From the IMG/VR virus record IMGVR_UViG_3300022929_000020, positions 1 to 62,309 of that record: a DNA stretch of 62,309 nucleotides. One strand, given 5' to 3'. Within the stretch, counting starts at the first letter, position 1. Every line of letters begins with the position of its first letter. The DNA comes from a virus. Its lineage: Duplodnaviria > Caudoviricetes. A program made the position numbers and the translations under genes. The notes under the pieces were generated by a model. It did no database searches. It worked only from the letters and a program-made list of their open reading frames with translations, and was not told where the DNA came from. Shown piece after piece: positions 34,633 to 45,753 of this stretch.

Positions 34633-36027
34633 TTATATTTTAATTTCGTTTGATACTGCGAATAACTCAACTAGTTTTCCGTTACCTGTAGGCTCATGAT
34701 ATAACATGTCTATTTCTAAATGGTAACCTTTTATACCCAGTGTTGTATTCAATGTGCTATTGTTAAAGTTAGAATTATAGTCAGCCGAATTGTAAGGGAC
34801 TTTCTGCTTTAAGTCTGCATAGTATTTACTTTCTCTAAGCCTAAACCCTACCTCTATAGGTAATCCGTCTGCACCTATTATAGTTACACCATTCTCTGGT
34901 ATTTTATATGCTTCTTCTTTCTGAACGCTATTGGTATATCCAGGCTTAGAAACATTTTCTGCTTGTGCTCTATCCATTCTCCAACCAGTAGAACCTTCGT
35001 AATTTACAGTCATGAATGTCTTCGTGCTACTTATAGAGTCGTTCATTACAAATGTCACGTAAGAAGGATCATTATAAGTAGAATTGTAAAAGTTATTGTA
35101 GTTTCCATTCTCTGCATAATGCATGTACAACTGATCAGTGTTAAAAGTGTAAAACTCATTCATCATGCTAAATCCAAATGTTGGTTTATAAGAATAAAAA
35201 CTAACCCATCCGTTAGACATTTCACTAAAGCCTAGAGTTAAAAACCCATTTTGATCAGTAGTAGTAGGTGACGTTGCAGTTGTCTTCTTTCCTCCTATCA
35301 CGTTGCTACGCTGCATAGACACTATGTATTCTCCATGTCTTTCGTCGTACATACCATATACTTTGCCTTTTTCTGCTAATCCTGCCGCTAATGGTGCTCT
35401 TAGTTTCTTTAAATTGTCTCTAAAGAAATCATTCATTCCATATTTTGATATTGGTTCCAATCCGTTTTGAGACAATCTCATTACAGTTCCACGCTGTCTA
35501 TCAACAAAGTATTTTCTACTACCAAAAAAAGCAAAGCTTTCTGGATTATCAGATATACCATATTTACCAGCATATGGAATTGTTTGCCCTATAACTTGGT
35601 TCCCTGTAGCTGTTATGCCGACGCCTTCAGCTGTATAAACAGCATCCTTGTCTATCAGCGCTTTGAGAACTCTATGTTGTTGGAATACGCTTAAGTTTCC
35701 ATCTTCTGAATGTAAATGTTGTATATTTCCGTCTGATATATCAACTGCTCTAGTTATAGACTCAGCTATAGAAAACTGATTAGTATTATTAGTTTTTGTT
35801 TTAGAGTTGTACACTCCAGAATACATCATAGCATTACCTCTACGGCGAATACCATATTCATTATCCGTAGTATACGCTCTAGCACCATAATCAGTACTTA
35901 CCCCATTGAAGTCTCCTTTGATTCTAGATTCTTCGACATGCCAAGCTTGTCCGTCTGCGTTCCCAATGTCTACACCTCCGTATAGTACGAAAGCGTTGTA
36001 ATAACTTATTTCTATTTCTTTGCTCAT
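34633..36027 (-). CDS. Tail stabilisation protein (P22 gp10-like/crAss-type), C-terminal part
   Basis: YGISDNPESFA, YFVD..RG.V.RLS, GWVSFYSY.P. Confidence 0.7.
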   Translation of the reverse strand: MSKEIEISYYNAFVLYGGVDIGNADGQAWHVEESRIKGDFNGVSTDYGARAYTTDNEYGIRRRGNAMMYSGVYNSKTKTNNTNQFSIAESITRAVDISDGNIQHLHSEDGNLSVFQQHRVLKALIDKDAVYTAEGVGITATGNQVIGQTIPYAGKYGISDNPESFAFFGSRKYFVDRQRGTVMRLSQNGLEPISKYGMNDFFRDNLKKLRAPLAAGLAEKGKVYGMYDERHGEYIVSMQRSNVIGGKKTTATSPTTTDQNGFLTLGFSEMSNGWVSFYSYKPTFGFSMMNEFYTFNTDQLYMHYAENGNYNNFYNSTYNDPSYVTFVMNDSISSTKTFMTVNYEGSTGWRMDRAQAENVSKPGYTNSVQKEEAYKIPENGVTIIGADGLPIEVGFRLRESKYYADLKQKVPYNSADYNSNFNNSTLNTTLGIKGYHLEIDMLYHEPTGNGKLVELFAVSNEIKI

Positions 36028-36032
36028 ATTGT

Positions 36033-39000
36033 TTATTGAAGATAAACTACTTGTGATGATATAGATGTGATTTCTCCAGAGCTGTTAACTGTAATTGTTT
36101 GCGCAATAGCAGGGCTACCATCAGGACCCCAGTAATAAGCATATAATCCTACATATGTGCCAGAAGGAATAAAGCTTGATAGGTTTTTGTTCGTGTACAA
36201 TTTGTTGCCAACGTATAGCTTCCATCCAGGATCCCACGTTCTTTGATATGCTTCTGTTTGTTCTTCTGGAGCTTCGCTACCGACGCCTTGCGTCGCGTAA
36301 TACCAAGTTCCATTGCTAGGTGTTCCGCCAACTAGTGAGTATATGCTATCAGCAATCACTTGCTGACTAGCTCCAGCGGCTGGAGGGTTTGTCTGCTCCC
36401 AAAGCCAACCGCTAGCTAAACCTAGTGAGTCTTCGTCTATTCTAGTTGAAGTAGTAGCAGATAAGCCCCCAGAGTCTGTTGCGGTTATCGTTATCGTTCT
36501 ACTTCCATCTAACCCGCTTCTAGCGAAGAAATTTTGAGCTGATTCTATATCCCACTCTCCTGTTGTCCTTAGTTCATACTTGCCATCTTCTAAGCCTTCT
36601 GTTACTATCTTAAATAAGTTATTTAATGAGTTATCTGTAAAAGAGTGCGTTATGACAACATCGCTATATTTGTTGAAAAATCCACTAGCTAGAGCTCCTC
36701 CGTTAGTATAGTCGTTACTTGCAGATATAACTTTAGCGTTATCTCCAACGTCTATTCTAACGCTTACCGAAGACGGCAATGACGTTATAGTTGGCACGGA
36801 ATTTTTTACTTCTACTTGAACTTCTAAATAAGCTGTTTGACCATCAGATACACTTTCGTCTGTTATTGCTATAAGCAAAGATATAGTATCGTTAGATCCA
36901 GTGAAAACAAAATCACCGCTTGTTTGTACTTTGTAAGTAGAGCTTTCAAGAACTATTATAAATTTATTTGTTACGTTTTCATTAGTCCCTTTTACTGTCG
37001 CTTTTCGCAAAGAAAAACTTAAATTTTTTGTTGATCGAGAAGCAGGTTTTGTTGCGTCTAAATCTCCTATGTTAGTGCCAGAAACAATATTTTCATACAA
37101 GAACGCTCTTGAGCCATATTGTGGACCTGATGTACCCAATGGTTCTTGTCCAGCTCCAAAGCTGTAAGTGTCTTGCTTTATTGTTAAGCCAGTAGGTAAG
37201 TCTGATTGGGCTACTACTATTTCTTTCACTAGGTCAGCAACTAATCCACTTGTCGATGTCTCGTAATATATATCTATATTGGAAAAGAAAGGTTCTGTTT
37301 CAAAAACAGAAAGACCTTCGTAGTACTTACTAAATACCAACTTGTCAGCAGCTGTAACGACTTGCGGGCTAGATATAGTGATTACTTGTTGAGCAGATGT
37401 AGTATCAGTTACTGTCACATCTGTATGTAAAGACAAACTAGTGAAATTAATAGAGTAGTCATTTAGTTCATCATTACCAATTGATGCCGCTGTCCCTATT
37501 TGATCAGAGTCTAAGTTAATGCTCGTTCCTTTATTTACATTACTTCTAGACCAATAAACTGCAGCTTTGTTATTACTTGCATCACCAGTGTATGCTTTTA
37601 AGTTCTGTATCTCTGCTACTAGTGGATTTTTATCTTTACCATATATAAATTTATATCCAGTAAACCCACCGGTTCCAGACTTGTTATCATCGCCAGATAT
37701 GTAGAGATTTTGCTCATACATTGTACCAAGACTTATGACCTCTGCTAATTCATGATAAGAGGTATTTTGTTTTGATTCTCCTTCGGTACTAAACACATCT
37801 ACAGCTGCTAGAGTTATAACTATATTGCCAGCTGTTTGCTGCGGGATTGCAGCTTCTGTTATAGTTATTGTATCTCCAACTTTAAAGTTAACGCCTGGTT
37901 CTACTACTTCCAAAGCTGTGATTGTTCCTTGATTTTCTGTAGGGCCGCAAGTACTTGTTAGTTTTATTATAGCTTCACTACCGTTTCCGCTAGTTGTTAC
38001 CCCATCGGTAACTCCAACTTCTAACGTGAATATAACATCTGTGTCTGCTTCTTGCGTTATATCTATTTGATTGTTCGTTATATTGCTTATATCGACTTCG
38101 GAAGGTCTTAGACCAGTTCTAGAGCTAAACACAACTTTAGGGTAAAGTCTAACGTCTGAACCCATTGTTCCTTCTCTATTAACGTCTGAATCGTTTATAG
38201 ATCTTGGTATCTTATTAATATTATCACCATGCAAAGACAACCAACTTCTTCCTCCGCTCAAGCTATCATTAGGTATTTCTTTAATATTATCCCAACCATC
38301 AAATGCATGTGGCGCGTATACGTTGTAGTATTCCTGCTCTTGTTGTTTTACTACTATACGATACGAGTACCATCCATGTGGATTATAATCCAATCTTTTT
38401 TGATATTCGACCGGTGTTGCCCCGAATGGTAAGCTAGCAACAAACTTATCGTCATTTGTTAAGTCATTTTCTTCAAACTTTATAGACAAAGACTTTCCAT
38501 AGGAATTTATATTACTATCCCAAACAGCATCCGCATTAGCACCATAGTTATTAGTTTCAGGAGATACGGTTATAGTATCTGGATTATCAAATTGTTTATT
38601 AGAGGATAATATAACAGGTGATTGCCTGCCAAATGCATCAGAAAAAACAATACCCACTTGATAAGTTCGTCTTTGCTTTACCGTATGATACTTGTATGTT
38701 TTACTAAGCCACTGCTTAAGCCCATACATGTAAGGCTCACTAGCACTTTGGCCAGCTTGATCTATTTGTCCTTTTGTGGTTTCTGTTACTGTGTAGTTTA
38801 TTCCTTTTCTATTGTTTACATCTGTTGGATAATTGTAGTTTTCAACATAGTTTCCGAATACTATTCTATTTCCAACAGCCTCTAGAGTTTTAGCCATTAA
38901 TGGTACTTGGTCGTACACCCTGTTCACTTGGCCTTCAGGCAATACACTAGTGGGTTCTGTTGAAGTGTATTGGTATCTTAATGCATGCCTCTTATGTAAG

Positions 39001-40136
39001 CTAGTATCACTTCTACTCTGATGAGTGTAGACTAATATGTCATCCGTGTCTACTTCGTCTATTTTTATAGTCTTAACTAGCTTAAAAGATATACCGTTGG
39101 ATTCTTTTAGCAGTATGTCTATTTCTTTTATTCTATACGGATTATCATAAGAACCTGCGCTTGGATTAGCCAAGCCAGTTTTAAACTCGTCTTTATTAGG
39201 CAATGGAATCATAAGCTTCATAGTGTTTATTCTATTCTGCATTATATCAACAAGGCCTTTTTTGTAAACTTCTTTTTTACCAGTTAATACTCTTGGTTCG
39301 TTAGCTGTAGAGTTTCTTTCATCGTCATCATCACTGTTAGTGATTTTACCTCCGTTTAAAGGTTCAAAAACAGCCTGCGTGAAAGGTGCTATCAAAGAAT
39401 ACTCTCCATCTTCGTATTTATATCTATAAGAGAACCTTATGAATCTTTCTTTAGTATACTCTGATTTTACTTGTGGATCTATGTTTGGAAGCGAACCAAT
39501 ACTGGCTTCGTCATCGCTTAGCATTATGGCTTTGTAAGGCGCATACTTTGCTACACTTATATTCTCTTCGCAGTCATAGTAATCAGGTCCCTCTTCTATA
39601 GCTGTATTTATATTTATCTTTCTGGGTTGATTAAGATTATCTGTCCAAAATAAAAGATCCTCTATTATGGCTGAACCAGTTATTAAGTGATTTTTACTAA
39701 AGTTGAGCCAAGGTCCTTTAGCTAGTATTTTTTGGTTTTTGTTTTCTATATCGTAAAGTACTATGGCGCAATCATGTCCAAGATTAAAAGCATACTGTCT
39801 TGTACCAACATTTAATGCTCTATTTATGCCTCTTATGTCATCAACAAAGGTTGTGCTTGAAAAATTAGTTATAAAGTAAACTACTCTTTTATTTGCCAGA
39901 TCTTTGCAGTAGCCTATAACATCGTAGCCTTCGCCGGAAGAGTTAGTACCTAGGCCTGATATAGCAGTTGTTAGCTTATCGTTGCTTAATATATTTTCAA
40001 TAGCGCCTACGTCAGAACCTTCAGATTCTGATATATGTATATTTTGAGCTTCTCTATATTCTCCCTTAGGTATTAACCTCTCATCGAGGTCTTTGTTCAT
40101 TTTACCTTTGGTAAAGTTCTGTTTAATTTCGGGCAT
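36033..40136 (-). CDS. Tail stabilisation/nozzle protein, N-terminal part with C-terminal Ig/cadherin-like extension
   Basis: GKMNKDLDERL.P.GEYR.A.N, LFWTDN.NQPRKIN, RFSYRYKY.DGEYS, GNRIVFGNY, YQVGIV..D.FGR. Confidence 0.75.
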   Translation of the reverse strand: MPEIKQNFTKGKMNKDLDERLIPKGEYREAQNIHISESEGSDVGAIENILSNDKLTTAISGLGTNSSGEGYDVIGYCKDLANKRVVYFITNFSSTTFVDDIRGINRALNVGTRQYAFNLGHDCAIVLYDIENKNQKILAKGPWLNFSKNHLITGSAIIEDLLFWTDNLNQPRKININTAIEEGPDYYDCEENISVAKYAPYKAIMLSDDEASIGSLPNIDPQVKSEYTKERFIRFSYRYKYEDGEYSLIAPFTQAVFEPLNGGKITNSDDDDERNSTANEPRVLTGKKEVYKKGLVDIMQNRINTMKLMIPLPNKDEFKTGLANPSAGSYDNPYRIKEIDILLKESNGISFKLVKTIKIDEVDTDDILVYTHQSRSDTSLHKRHALRYQYTSTEPTSVLPEGQVNRVYDQVPLMAKTLEAVGNRIVFGNYVENYNYPTDVNNRKGINYTVTETTKGQIDQAGQSASEPYMYGLKQWLSKTYKYHTVKQRRTYQVGIVFSDAFGRQSPVILSSNKQFDNPDTITVSPETNNYGANADAVWDSNINSYGKSLSIKFEENDLTNDDKFVASLPFGATPVEYQKRLDYNPHGWYSYRIVVKQQEQEYYNVYAPHAFDGWDNIKEIPNDSLSGGRSWLSLHGDNINKIPRSINDSDVNREGTMGSDVRLYPKVVFSSRTGLRPSEVDISNITNNQIDITQEADTDVIFTLEVGVTDGVTTSGNGSEAIIKLTSTCGPTENQGTITALEVVEPGVNFKVGDTITITEAAIPQQTAGNIVITLAAVDVFSTEGESKQNTSYHELAEVISLGTMYEQNLYISGDDNKSGTGGFTGYKFIYGKDKNPLVAEIQNLKAYTGDASNNKAAVYWSRSNVNKGTSINLDSDQIGTAASIGNDELNDYSINFTSLSLHTDVTVTDTTSAQQVITISSPQVVTAADKLVFSKYYEGLSVFETEPFFSNIDIYYETSTSGLVADLVKEIVVAQSDLPTGLTIKQDTYSFGAGQEPLGTSGPQYGSRAFLYENIVSGTNIGDLDATKPASRSTKNLSFSLRKATVKGTNENVTNKFIIVLESSTYKVQTSGDFVFTGSNDTISLLIAITDESVSDGQTAYLEVQVEVKNSVPTITSLPSSVSVRIDVGDNAKVISASNDYTNGGALASGFFNKYSDVVITHSFTDNSLNNLFKIVTEGLEDGKYELRTTGEWDIESAQNFFARSGLDGSRTITITATDSGGLSATTSTRIDEDSLGLASGWLWEQTNPPAAGASQQVIADSIYSLVGGTPSNGTWYYATQGVGSEAPEEQTEAYQRTWDPGWKLYVGNKLYTNKNLSSFIPSGTYVGLYAYYWGPDGSPAIAQTITVNSSGEITSISSQVVYLQ

Positions 40137-40140
40137 TTAA

Positions 40141-41265
40141 TTAATGTTTAATATGTTTGCTTTTACCTCTCATTACATTCGCCATTTCAGTCGTATTAAA
40201 ATTGTACAACCTTATTTTAGCATTGCGCATTGCAGCGAATCGTTCTTTCTGAGCTCTTCTTATTTGATATTCAGGTATATTTAGCTTAGTTGAAAGTATA
40301 GCATGGTATACATATTTGTATAGCGCGTCTTCGGCGAGCTTGGAAACCTTCATTTCTGCATCAGTACCTAATCCGTCTGATATGTATTTTATTAATATAG
40401 TTTTACCAGCTAAGTCACTAGTAAATCCGAATTGTCCATTGGCTTCGTCAACTACAAACATACCATTTGAGTTAGCCCTAGAAGCATCGATGCCATATCT
40501 ACTACCTCTATTGAAAACTCTATTTGCTATATAATGAGTATATAACCAATAATCGTCATCTTTTAAGTTACCGCTAAAAGTATATAAATCAAACTCTTCA
40601 AATCTAGTTTGAGTAACTGATGGATTTATTTGAGTTACAGAACCATCGCTGTTAAACAAATAGTTACCATTGTCATCCTGCGCAACTGACTGAGACGGTC
40701 TGCTTGTTAATTCTCTCGTTGGAAATATAGGATGCTCAAGTCCTGCTGTGTCTACCCAAGACAACATTGTGTATTGTACGTAGTCTTGTGGCATTGGTAA
40801 CGTTAAGTTCGGTGGTATATCTAATTCTTGTATTTTTTCTATTTTAGATATATCGTAAGAAAACTCTTGTATACCTCTTTTAGCATGAAATAGTATATCA
40901 GATCTTCTAACTTTGTTTAGCACTTTGCCTTCTCCAGTGTAGCCATACATAAAGTTATTAACAAAGTCTTCAAGCGTTATATACCTATAGTCACCTAATG
41001 ATCTATCTACAAACTTTACGGTAACTACAGAGCTTAATGCTGGTTTACTAGAACTAAAAGTAATTAACCCAGACACAGCGTCATAGCTATAATTAGATTG
41101 ATCTACTTCTACTCCGTCATCTTCTATGATAAACCCATCGATGCTATCTGGTAGATCTTGAACGGTCAATTGATATTCACCGCTAGTTACTTGAGCAGAC
41201 GTAGTTGTAAACTTCTGACTCAGGCTATAATACTGTTCTGCTGTAGTTGTTCCTAGTAATCCCAT
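40141..41265 (-). CDS. Tail ring/tubular (head-tail connector) protein
   Basis: HAKRGIQEFSYD, PQDYV.Y, YISDG; position downstream of MCP. Confidence 0.6.
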   Translation of the reverse strand: MGLLGTTTAEQYYSLSQKFTTTSAQVTSGEYQLTVQDLPDSIDGFIIEDDGVEVDQSNYSYDAVSGLITFSSSKPALSSVVTVKFVDRSLGDYRYITLEDFVNNFMYGYTGEGKVLNKVRRSDILFHAKRGIQEFSYDISKIEKIQELDIPPNLTLPMPQDYVQYTMLSWVDTAGLEHPIFPTRELTSRPSQSVAQDDNGNYLFNSDGSVTQINPSVTQTRFEEFDLYTFSGNLKDDDYWLYTHYIANRVFNRGSRYGIDASRANSNGMFVVDEANGQFGFTSDLAGKTILIKYISDGLGTDAEMKVSKLAEDALYKYVYHAILSTKLNIPEYQIRRAQKERFAAMRNAKIRLYNFNTTEMANVMRGKSKHIKH

Positions 41266-41271
41266 TTTGTA

Positions 41272-42285
41272 TTATTGTTGTTTTTTATTCATGGCGTCAG
41301 CTGAAGCCAGCTGTGTGACACCTTGTACTATAGATGGATCTTTTATTATTAATCCAGCGTAACCTAATATAGATAGTATCAAGTTTGTTTCTAACGATTC
41401 GTGAAGTGCAAAATCAGTAGAGCCTTGATTTGTAGTAGCATACAAGTCTTGCACTCTAAGTGTTAAGACTACATTTGTTGAACCTCCAATTATGCTTGTT
41501 GGTATTTCTATTTGATCACCATTTACGAATCCAGAACCTGCACTAGTTACTTCGACTGCTGATACTTCATTACTACTAATAGTTAACTTTATAACGGCGC
41601 CTGTTCCGCTTCCAGTTGTTGTTACTCCTCCGCTTCCTACCGTTACCGTTGACGTAGTGGTAGCGTTTGAAGAGTTCGTAGTTACTATACCTGTACCTCT
41701 ACTACCAACTATAATTCCACCGTCAACGAACGTATTAGGATCGTAAATTTCCGTACCGTATTGCGTATTGACAATATATCCAAATCTAGGATCACTTGGT
41801 TTTGCAATATAGTTAACAGCTACATTCTCTGTAATGCTAGGATCGAAAACAACCTCAGTTGCCTCTTGATAGTAAATAGGAAAAGTACTTGATGGTTTAG
41901 TTAAAGGCGATGATTTTAAAAAAGGTAATCTTACTTTATCTACCTTCTCTACCTTCAACCCGTGATTACGCATGGTTACATCTAATATTCTGTACGCATC
42001 TGTAGGTACAGTAACCTTGCCACTTGATGGAGTTAATGTAGCAGACTTATAATGTTCATCTATCTGCTCTTGTATTTTTTCTGCTAAATCAGCGTAACCT
42101 TCGTTCGTCCGATTTATGTTTTCAATATTTAAAAACTGGTTGTACTGATAAAACAAGCTATCTAGTAATTCTAGCTGAGCTTGTCTTGCTAAGTTATTGA
42201 ACTCATAAGGTGTTAAGTAACCTCGTTCTTCTTTGTTCAATATCGATAAAACGGATTTATAAACTTTATTTACGTTGATAGCCAT
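41272..42285 (-). CDS. Tail ring/adaptor protein
   Basis: NKE.RGYLTP.EFN..A..AQ N-terminus; Gly/Ser/Thr-rich insert. Confidence 0.6.
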   Translation of the reverse strand: MAINVNKVYKSVLSILNKEERGYLTPYEFNNLARQAQLELLDSLFYQYNQFLNIENINRTNEGYADLAEKIQEQIDEHYKSATLTPSSGKVTVPTDAYRILDVTMRNHGLKVEKVDKVRLPFLKSSPLTKPSSTFPIYYQEATEVVFDPSITENVAVNYIAKPSDPRFGYIVNTQYGTEIYDPNTFVDGGIIVGSRGTGIVTTNSSNATTTSTVTVGSGGVTTTGSGTGAVIKLTISSNEVSAVEVTSAGSGFVNGDQIEIPTSIIGGSTNVVLTLRVQDLYATTNQGSTDFALHESLETNLILSILGYAGLIIKDPSIVQGVTQLASADAMNKKQQ

Positions 42286-42340
42286 AATTCTTTTTTGATT
42301 ATAGCCTAAGGGCGAGTTGCCCCGCCCTTGACTACATTAG

Positions 42341-43087
42341 TTATTTTAGTTTTTTCTCGACAGTTTGGTAAACTTCAATACCATCATCTGTCTTAAAATA
42401 TGCGGCCAATGCCGAGTATGGGTTTTCATCAAATGGTACAGTGATTAACTTTCTACCATTACTTCCCCACTTAAATGTTCGTTGATCTTCAGATAACTTA
42501 ATAATGTTTTGCTCTACAGCTTTAATACCAATGTTCCTAATATTAATATTTTCATCATTAACTAACTCTAAGAACATTCCAGGATTATTCTGAGCAAATA
42601 TCAATACATCGCGCTTAAGCTCCTTAGAAGTCATCTTAGTGACATCAGAGCCATACTCAGTACGTAGTACTGCTTCTGCTCTATCAACTTCTAATGCTTT
42701 AGCCACGTTCATTGCTTCTAGTTGCATCTCTAAAATATCGATATCAGCTTCGGCTACTTGCTCTGCGTTGTATTCTTCGTATACTAAGTCTCTCTCAGGA
42801 TGGTATAGTGATAAAAACTTCTGCAAGATCACTTGCTCTTTTTCCACCATTAATTTACCGTTCCTAAATACAATATGACCAAGACGCTGAGGTCCTTTCA
42901 TTTCGTCTACAAAAACTGTTTGTTGGTTTCTGCAGAATTTAATTTCTCTTTCCATGCCTAATTCTTCATCGAAGAAATACATAGATCTTGATTTTAAGAT
43001 ATATACGGGCGGAATTTTACCACCTTTCAATTCGTACAATCTATCTTTGGTTTGCCACGTAGTGGCTGTTTTAGTTTGCTTTGTCAT
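42341..43087 (-). CDS. Conserved structural-module protein
   Basis: 248 aa, immediately downstream of MCP. Confidence 0.7.
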   Translation of the reverse strand: MTKQTKTATTWQTKDRLYELKGGKIPPVYILKSRSMYFFDEELGMEREIKFCRNQQTVFVDEMKGPQRLGHIVFRNGKLMVEKEQVILQKFLSLYHPERDLVYEEYNAEQVAEADIDILEMQLEAMNVAKALEVDRAEAVLRTEYGSDVTKMTSKELKRDVLIFAQNNPGMFLELVNDENINIRNIGIKAVEQNIIKLSEDQRTFKWGSNGRKLITVPFDENPYSALAAYFKTDDGIEVYQTVEKKLK

Positions 43088-43106
43088 AATATAATAAAAT
43101 AAATAT

Positions 43107-43148
43107 TTAAAAATAAAGATGCGGAGCGCCGTTAGACGCCCCGTATCT
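43107..43148 (-). terminator. Terminator after the major capsid gene
   Basis: GC-rich hairpin 43117-43148 followed on the - strand by ttattttt. Confidence 0.65.
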
Positions 43149-43159
43149 CTATAAAAGTA

Positions 43160-44566
43160 TTACTTCAATAATACGAAGTTGTTAGCAGCTTGAACTACTA
43201 GGCAACGCTCAGATAGGTAGTTAATCTCCATCTTGTCGATGTTAGATGTAACTGCTCCACCTACAGAACCAGTAACCCAAGACTTAAGCTTGCGATCGTC
43301 AGCTTGACCAGCGCGGTAACGTACGTGCAAGAATGGACGACGAACGTTAGCACCAACAGTTTGATCGTAAACTGAAGAAGTACCAGCAGGGATAATAACA
43401 CCCTTAACGCCACCAACGTGTCCACGTGTAGAAGCATCGTTCAAGTATTTCCAATCAGTCTTGTAGAAGTCGTAAGATCCACGACGGAATCCAGTGAAAC
43501 CAAGATTCAATGCCATGTCCTCAGAGTTTTCAAATACTCCGTAAGCAGTACCACCTTGAGTACCAGCTGAAAGACCAGCAAGCATATCATCGAATACTAA
43601 GTTAGAAGTACGATCTAAGTAAAGCATGTTCTCTTCAATTGCACCTTGCTTGTCTAATTCAGCAAGTAAGCTATCGAAATCAGCTAAAGCATCAGAAGCA
43701 ACGTCTACCAAGTTAGTAGCTACGATACCACGATTCTCAATAGCAGAGAATAAACCTTCAGTACCTTCAACACCTACAACAGATGCAGTCTCAGCTTTTT
43801 CAGCTTCAACCATTGACATCTCTAAGTAGTCGTTGAAACGACTGCGAGTATCACCAGCAGACTTCAAGTACCATAAGTAACCACCTTGACCAGACTCACC
43901 AGCAACCTCGATCCAACCGATCTGAGCAGTGTCAGAACCGTTAACTTCGAAATGATCTTTGATGATCATAGGACGGTTAGTGAAAGTCTTAAAGTTAGGC
44001 TCGATAGACTCGGTCATTGTATCAGTTCCTTTGTCAAACTCAGAACCGTATACAAAGAACTTAATAACCTGATTGTCAGTAACAGCAATACCAGCTAAGT
44101 CATCAACGTTTTCAGCGCCGTAAGGCTTGATAGTTAAACCAGAAGTAGAAGTCTCTACACCAGCTGTAACTAAAGCTTTAAATACCACGTTGTTTACAAC
44201 AGCTACTACAGTAGCGCCTTTACGTACAGCGTGAGCTTCAGAAGCGTTACTGTCGATATTTTTGATAGCATCAACCGCACCTGTAACTGGATTAATTTCA
44301 CCAGTATAAGCTAAGTGCAAGCGGCCTTGCTCAGACCAGATAACCTGATCAGATTGCATAGGCATTTCAGCGCTAAGCATTGCTAAGAATCCAGAGATGG
44401 TACGGTTACCATATCTGTCAACCTCCTGCTCATAAAGCTCAGGAAGGTATTGTTGTGCCCAACCGTTATTTTGGATATCCAAATAGTTTCCAGCTAGGGT
44501 CATTTTTTCATACGAAGGACTTACGACACCAGCGGCCGCAGGTCCTGCAAAAGATACATTTGCCAT
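43160..44566 (-). CDS. Major capsid protein
   Basis: 468 aa after scaffold and portal; strongly biased codons; W.EQGRLH and EGLF..I..RG motifs. Confidence 0.85.
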   Translation of the reverse strand: MANVSFAGPAAAGVVSPSYEKMTLAGNYLDIQNNGWAQQYLPELYEQEVDRYGNRTISGFLAMLSAEMPMQSDQVIWSEQGRLHLAYTGEINPVTGAVDAIKNIDSNASEAHAVRKGATVVAVVNNVVFKALVTAGVETSTSGLTIKPYGAENVDDLAGIAVTDNQVIKFFVYGSEFDKGTDTMTESIEPNFKTFTNRPMIIKDHFEVNGSDTAQIGWIEVAGESGQGGYLWYLKSAGDTRSRFNDYLEMSMVEAEKAETASVVGVEGTEGLFSAIENRGIVATNLVDVASDALADFDSLLAELDKQGAIEENMLYLDRTSNLVFDDMLAGLSAGTQGGTAYGVFENSEDMALNLGFTGFRRGSYDFYKTDWKYLNDASTRGHVGGVKGVIIPAGTSSVYDQTVGANVRRPFLHVRYRAGQADDRKLKSWVTGSVGGAVTSNIDKMEINYLSERCLVVQAANNFVLLK

Positions 44567-44585
44567 TTTGTTTTGTTTTTAGTTT

Positions 44586-45722
44586 TTAGTAATTTTTTAG
44601 TTTCAATTTTGTTGTTGAACTATTTTCACCACTAATAACTCTTACTTTAGTACCACCAGCGTTTACCATACCATCAGATGTAGTACGATCGACTTTGATG
44701 TTTTTAGCTTGAGCAGTCATATCTCTAACTGCGTCGGCTTTACCTTGTTCGTAAAAGTGATTAGCAAGTGCATCAGCATTACGTGCAGCAAACAAAGACT
44801 TGTGATAACCTTTAGCGTCGTTAAGTAAATTGTCTTGGCCGATAAACTTATCGAACACATTCATAACATTGCTTTGAGCTTGCTTTGTTTCTTGCACATC
44901 TTTCACATTGAAACGATATTTCTTTTCGCCGACTTGAAAATCAAAACCTTTGAACTTATCGTTGAAAACTTTATTTGTTTCAGCTTGAAAGTGTTGCTGC
45001 TGTTTGGTGGTTAGTTCTTCCACCGATTTTTGTTCCTCGTTGTACCTGTTAAAGAAATCTATTGCTTGCTGTTGATCTTTAGTAAGCCTAGAGCCTAACT
45101 TAAGCTCTTGGTAATATTTGGACTTCATGCCCTCTAAATGATTTCTAGCCTGTGCGATCTCTTCTTTGTACGCGAGCTTTTTTCTTCTTATATCCCTATC
45201 TTCGTCCATGTCTTCATCGTAATCGAATTTATCTTCGATAACGAAGTTTATTTCATCTAGACTTAAATGAGGTTTAGTCGCCTTGTAGTATTCAACTAGT
45301 AGAGCTTTATCGTCTACGCCACTGTAATCTGCATTTAGCCTAGCGTAGTCTTCAATTGTTCCACCAGTCTCTTTCATGAATTCAACTAGCTTTTCAATCC
45401 CTTCAGGCAAATCAACCGATGGTTGCTCCTGAGCTACAGTTTCTTCTTGAACTGTTTCTTGCTGTGGCTCTTCTGTAAGTGGCTCTTCAACTTCAGGCTC
45501 TTCAGTAACTTCTTGTAAAACAGGAACATCCTCTTCTACTGTTGGTTCTTCTGGCGCCTGTGGCTCTTCTGTTGTTGGCGTTTCGTTAGTGTCTGAGAAA
45601 CCTACTCTGTAAGTTCCGTCTTCTAATACTTCGCTTTTAACTTTTGGTTCTTCAACCGGTGCTTCTTCAGTTGGTGTTACCTCCTGTTCTACAACTGGTT
45701 GTTCGTCTTTAATTTCTTCCAT
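44586..45722 (-). CDS. Capsid scaffolding protein
   Basis: Very acidic E/P-rich N-terminus; between portal and MCP; HFYEQGKADA. Confidence 0.7.
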   Translation of the reverse strand: MEEIKDEQPVVEQEVTPTEEAPVEEPKVKSEVLEDGTYRVGFSDTNETPTTEEPQAPEEPTVEEDVPVLQEVTEEPEVEEPLTEEPQQETVQEETVAQEQPSVDLPEGIEKLVEFMKETGGTIEDYARLNADYSGVDDKALLVEYYKATKPHLSLDEINFVIEDKFDYDEDMDEDRDIRRKKLAYKEEIAQARNHLEGMKSKYYQELKLGSRLTKDQQQAIDFFNRYNEEQKSVEELTTKQQQHFQAETNKVFNDKFKGFDFQVGEKKYRFNVKDVQETKQAQSNVMNVFDKFIGQDNLLNDAKGYHKSLFAARNADALANHFYEQGKADAVRDMTAQAKNIKVDRTTSDGMVNAGGTKVRVISGENSSTTKLKLKNY

Positions 45723-45753
45723 GATATAATATTATATAAGTGTTTGTTTGTTT

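Noticed and set aside
42301-42334. Hairpin aagggcg/cgccctt as a terminator
   Set aside because: No U-tract on the coding (-) strand; it may be a processing or stability hairpin, but that is unsupported.
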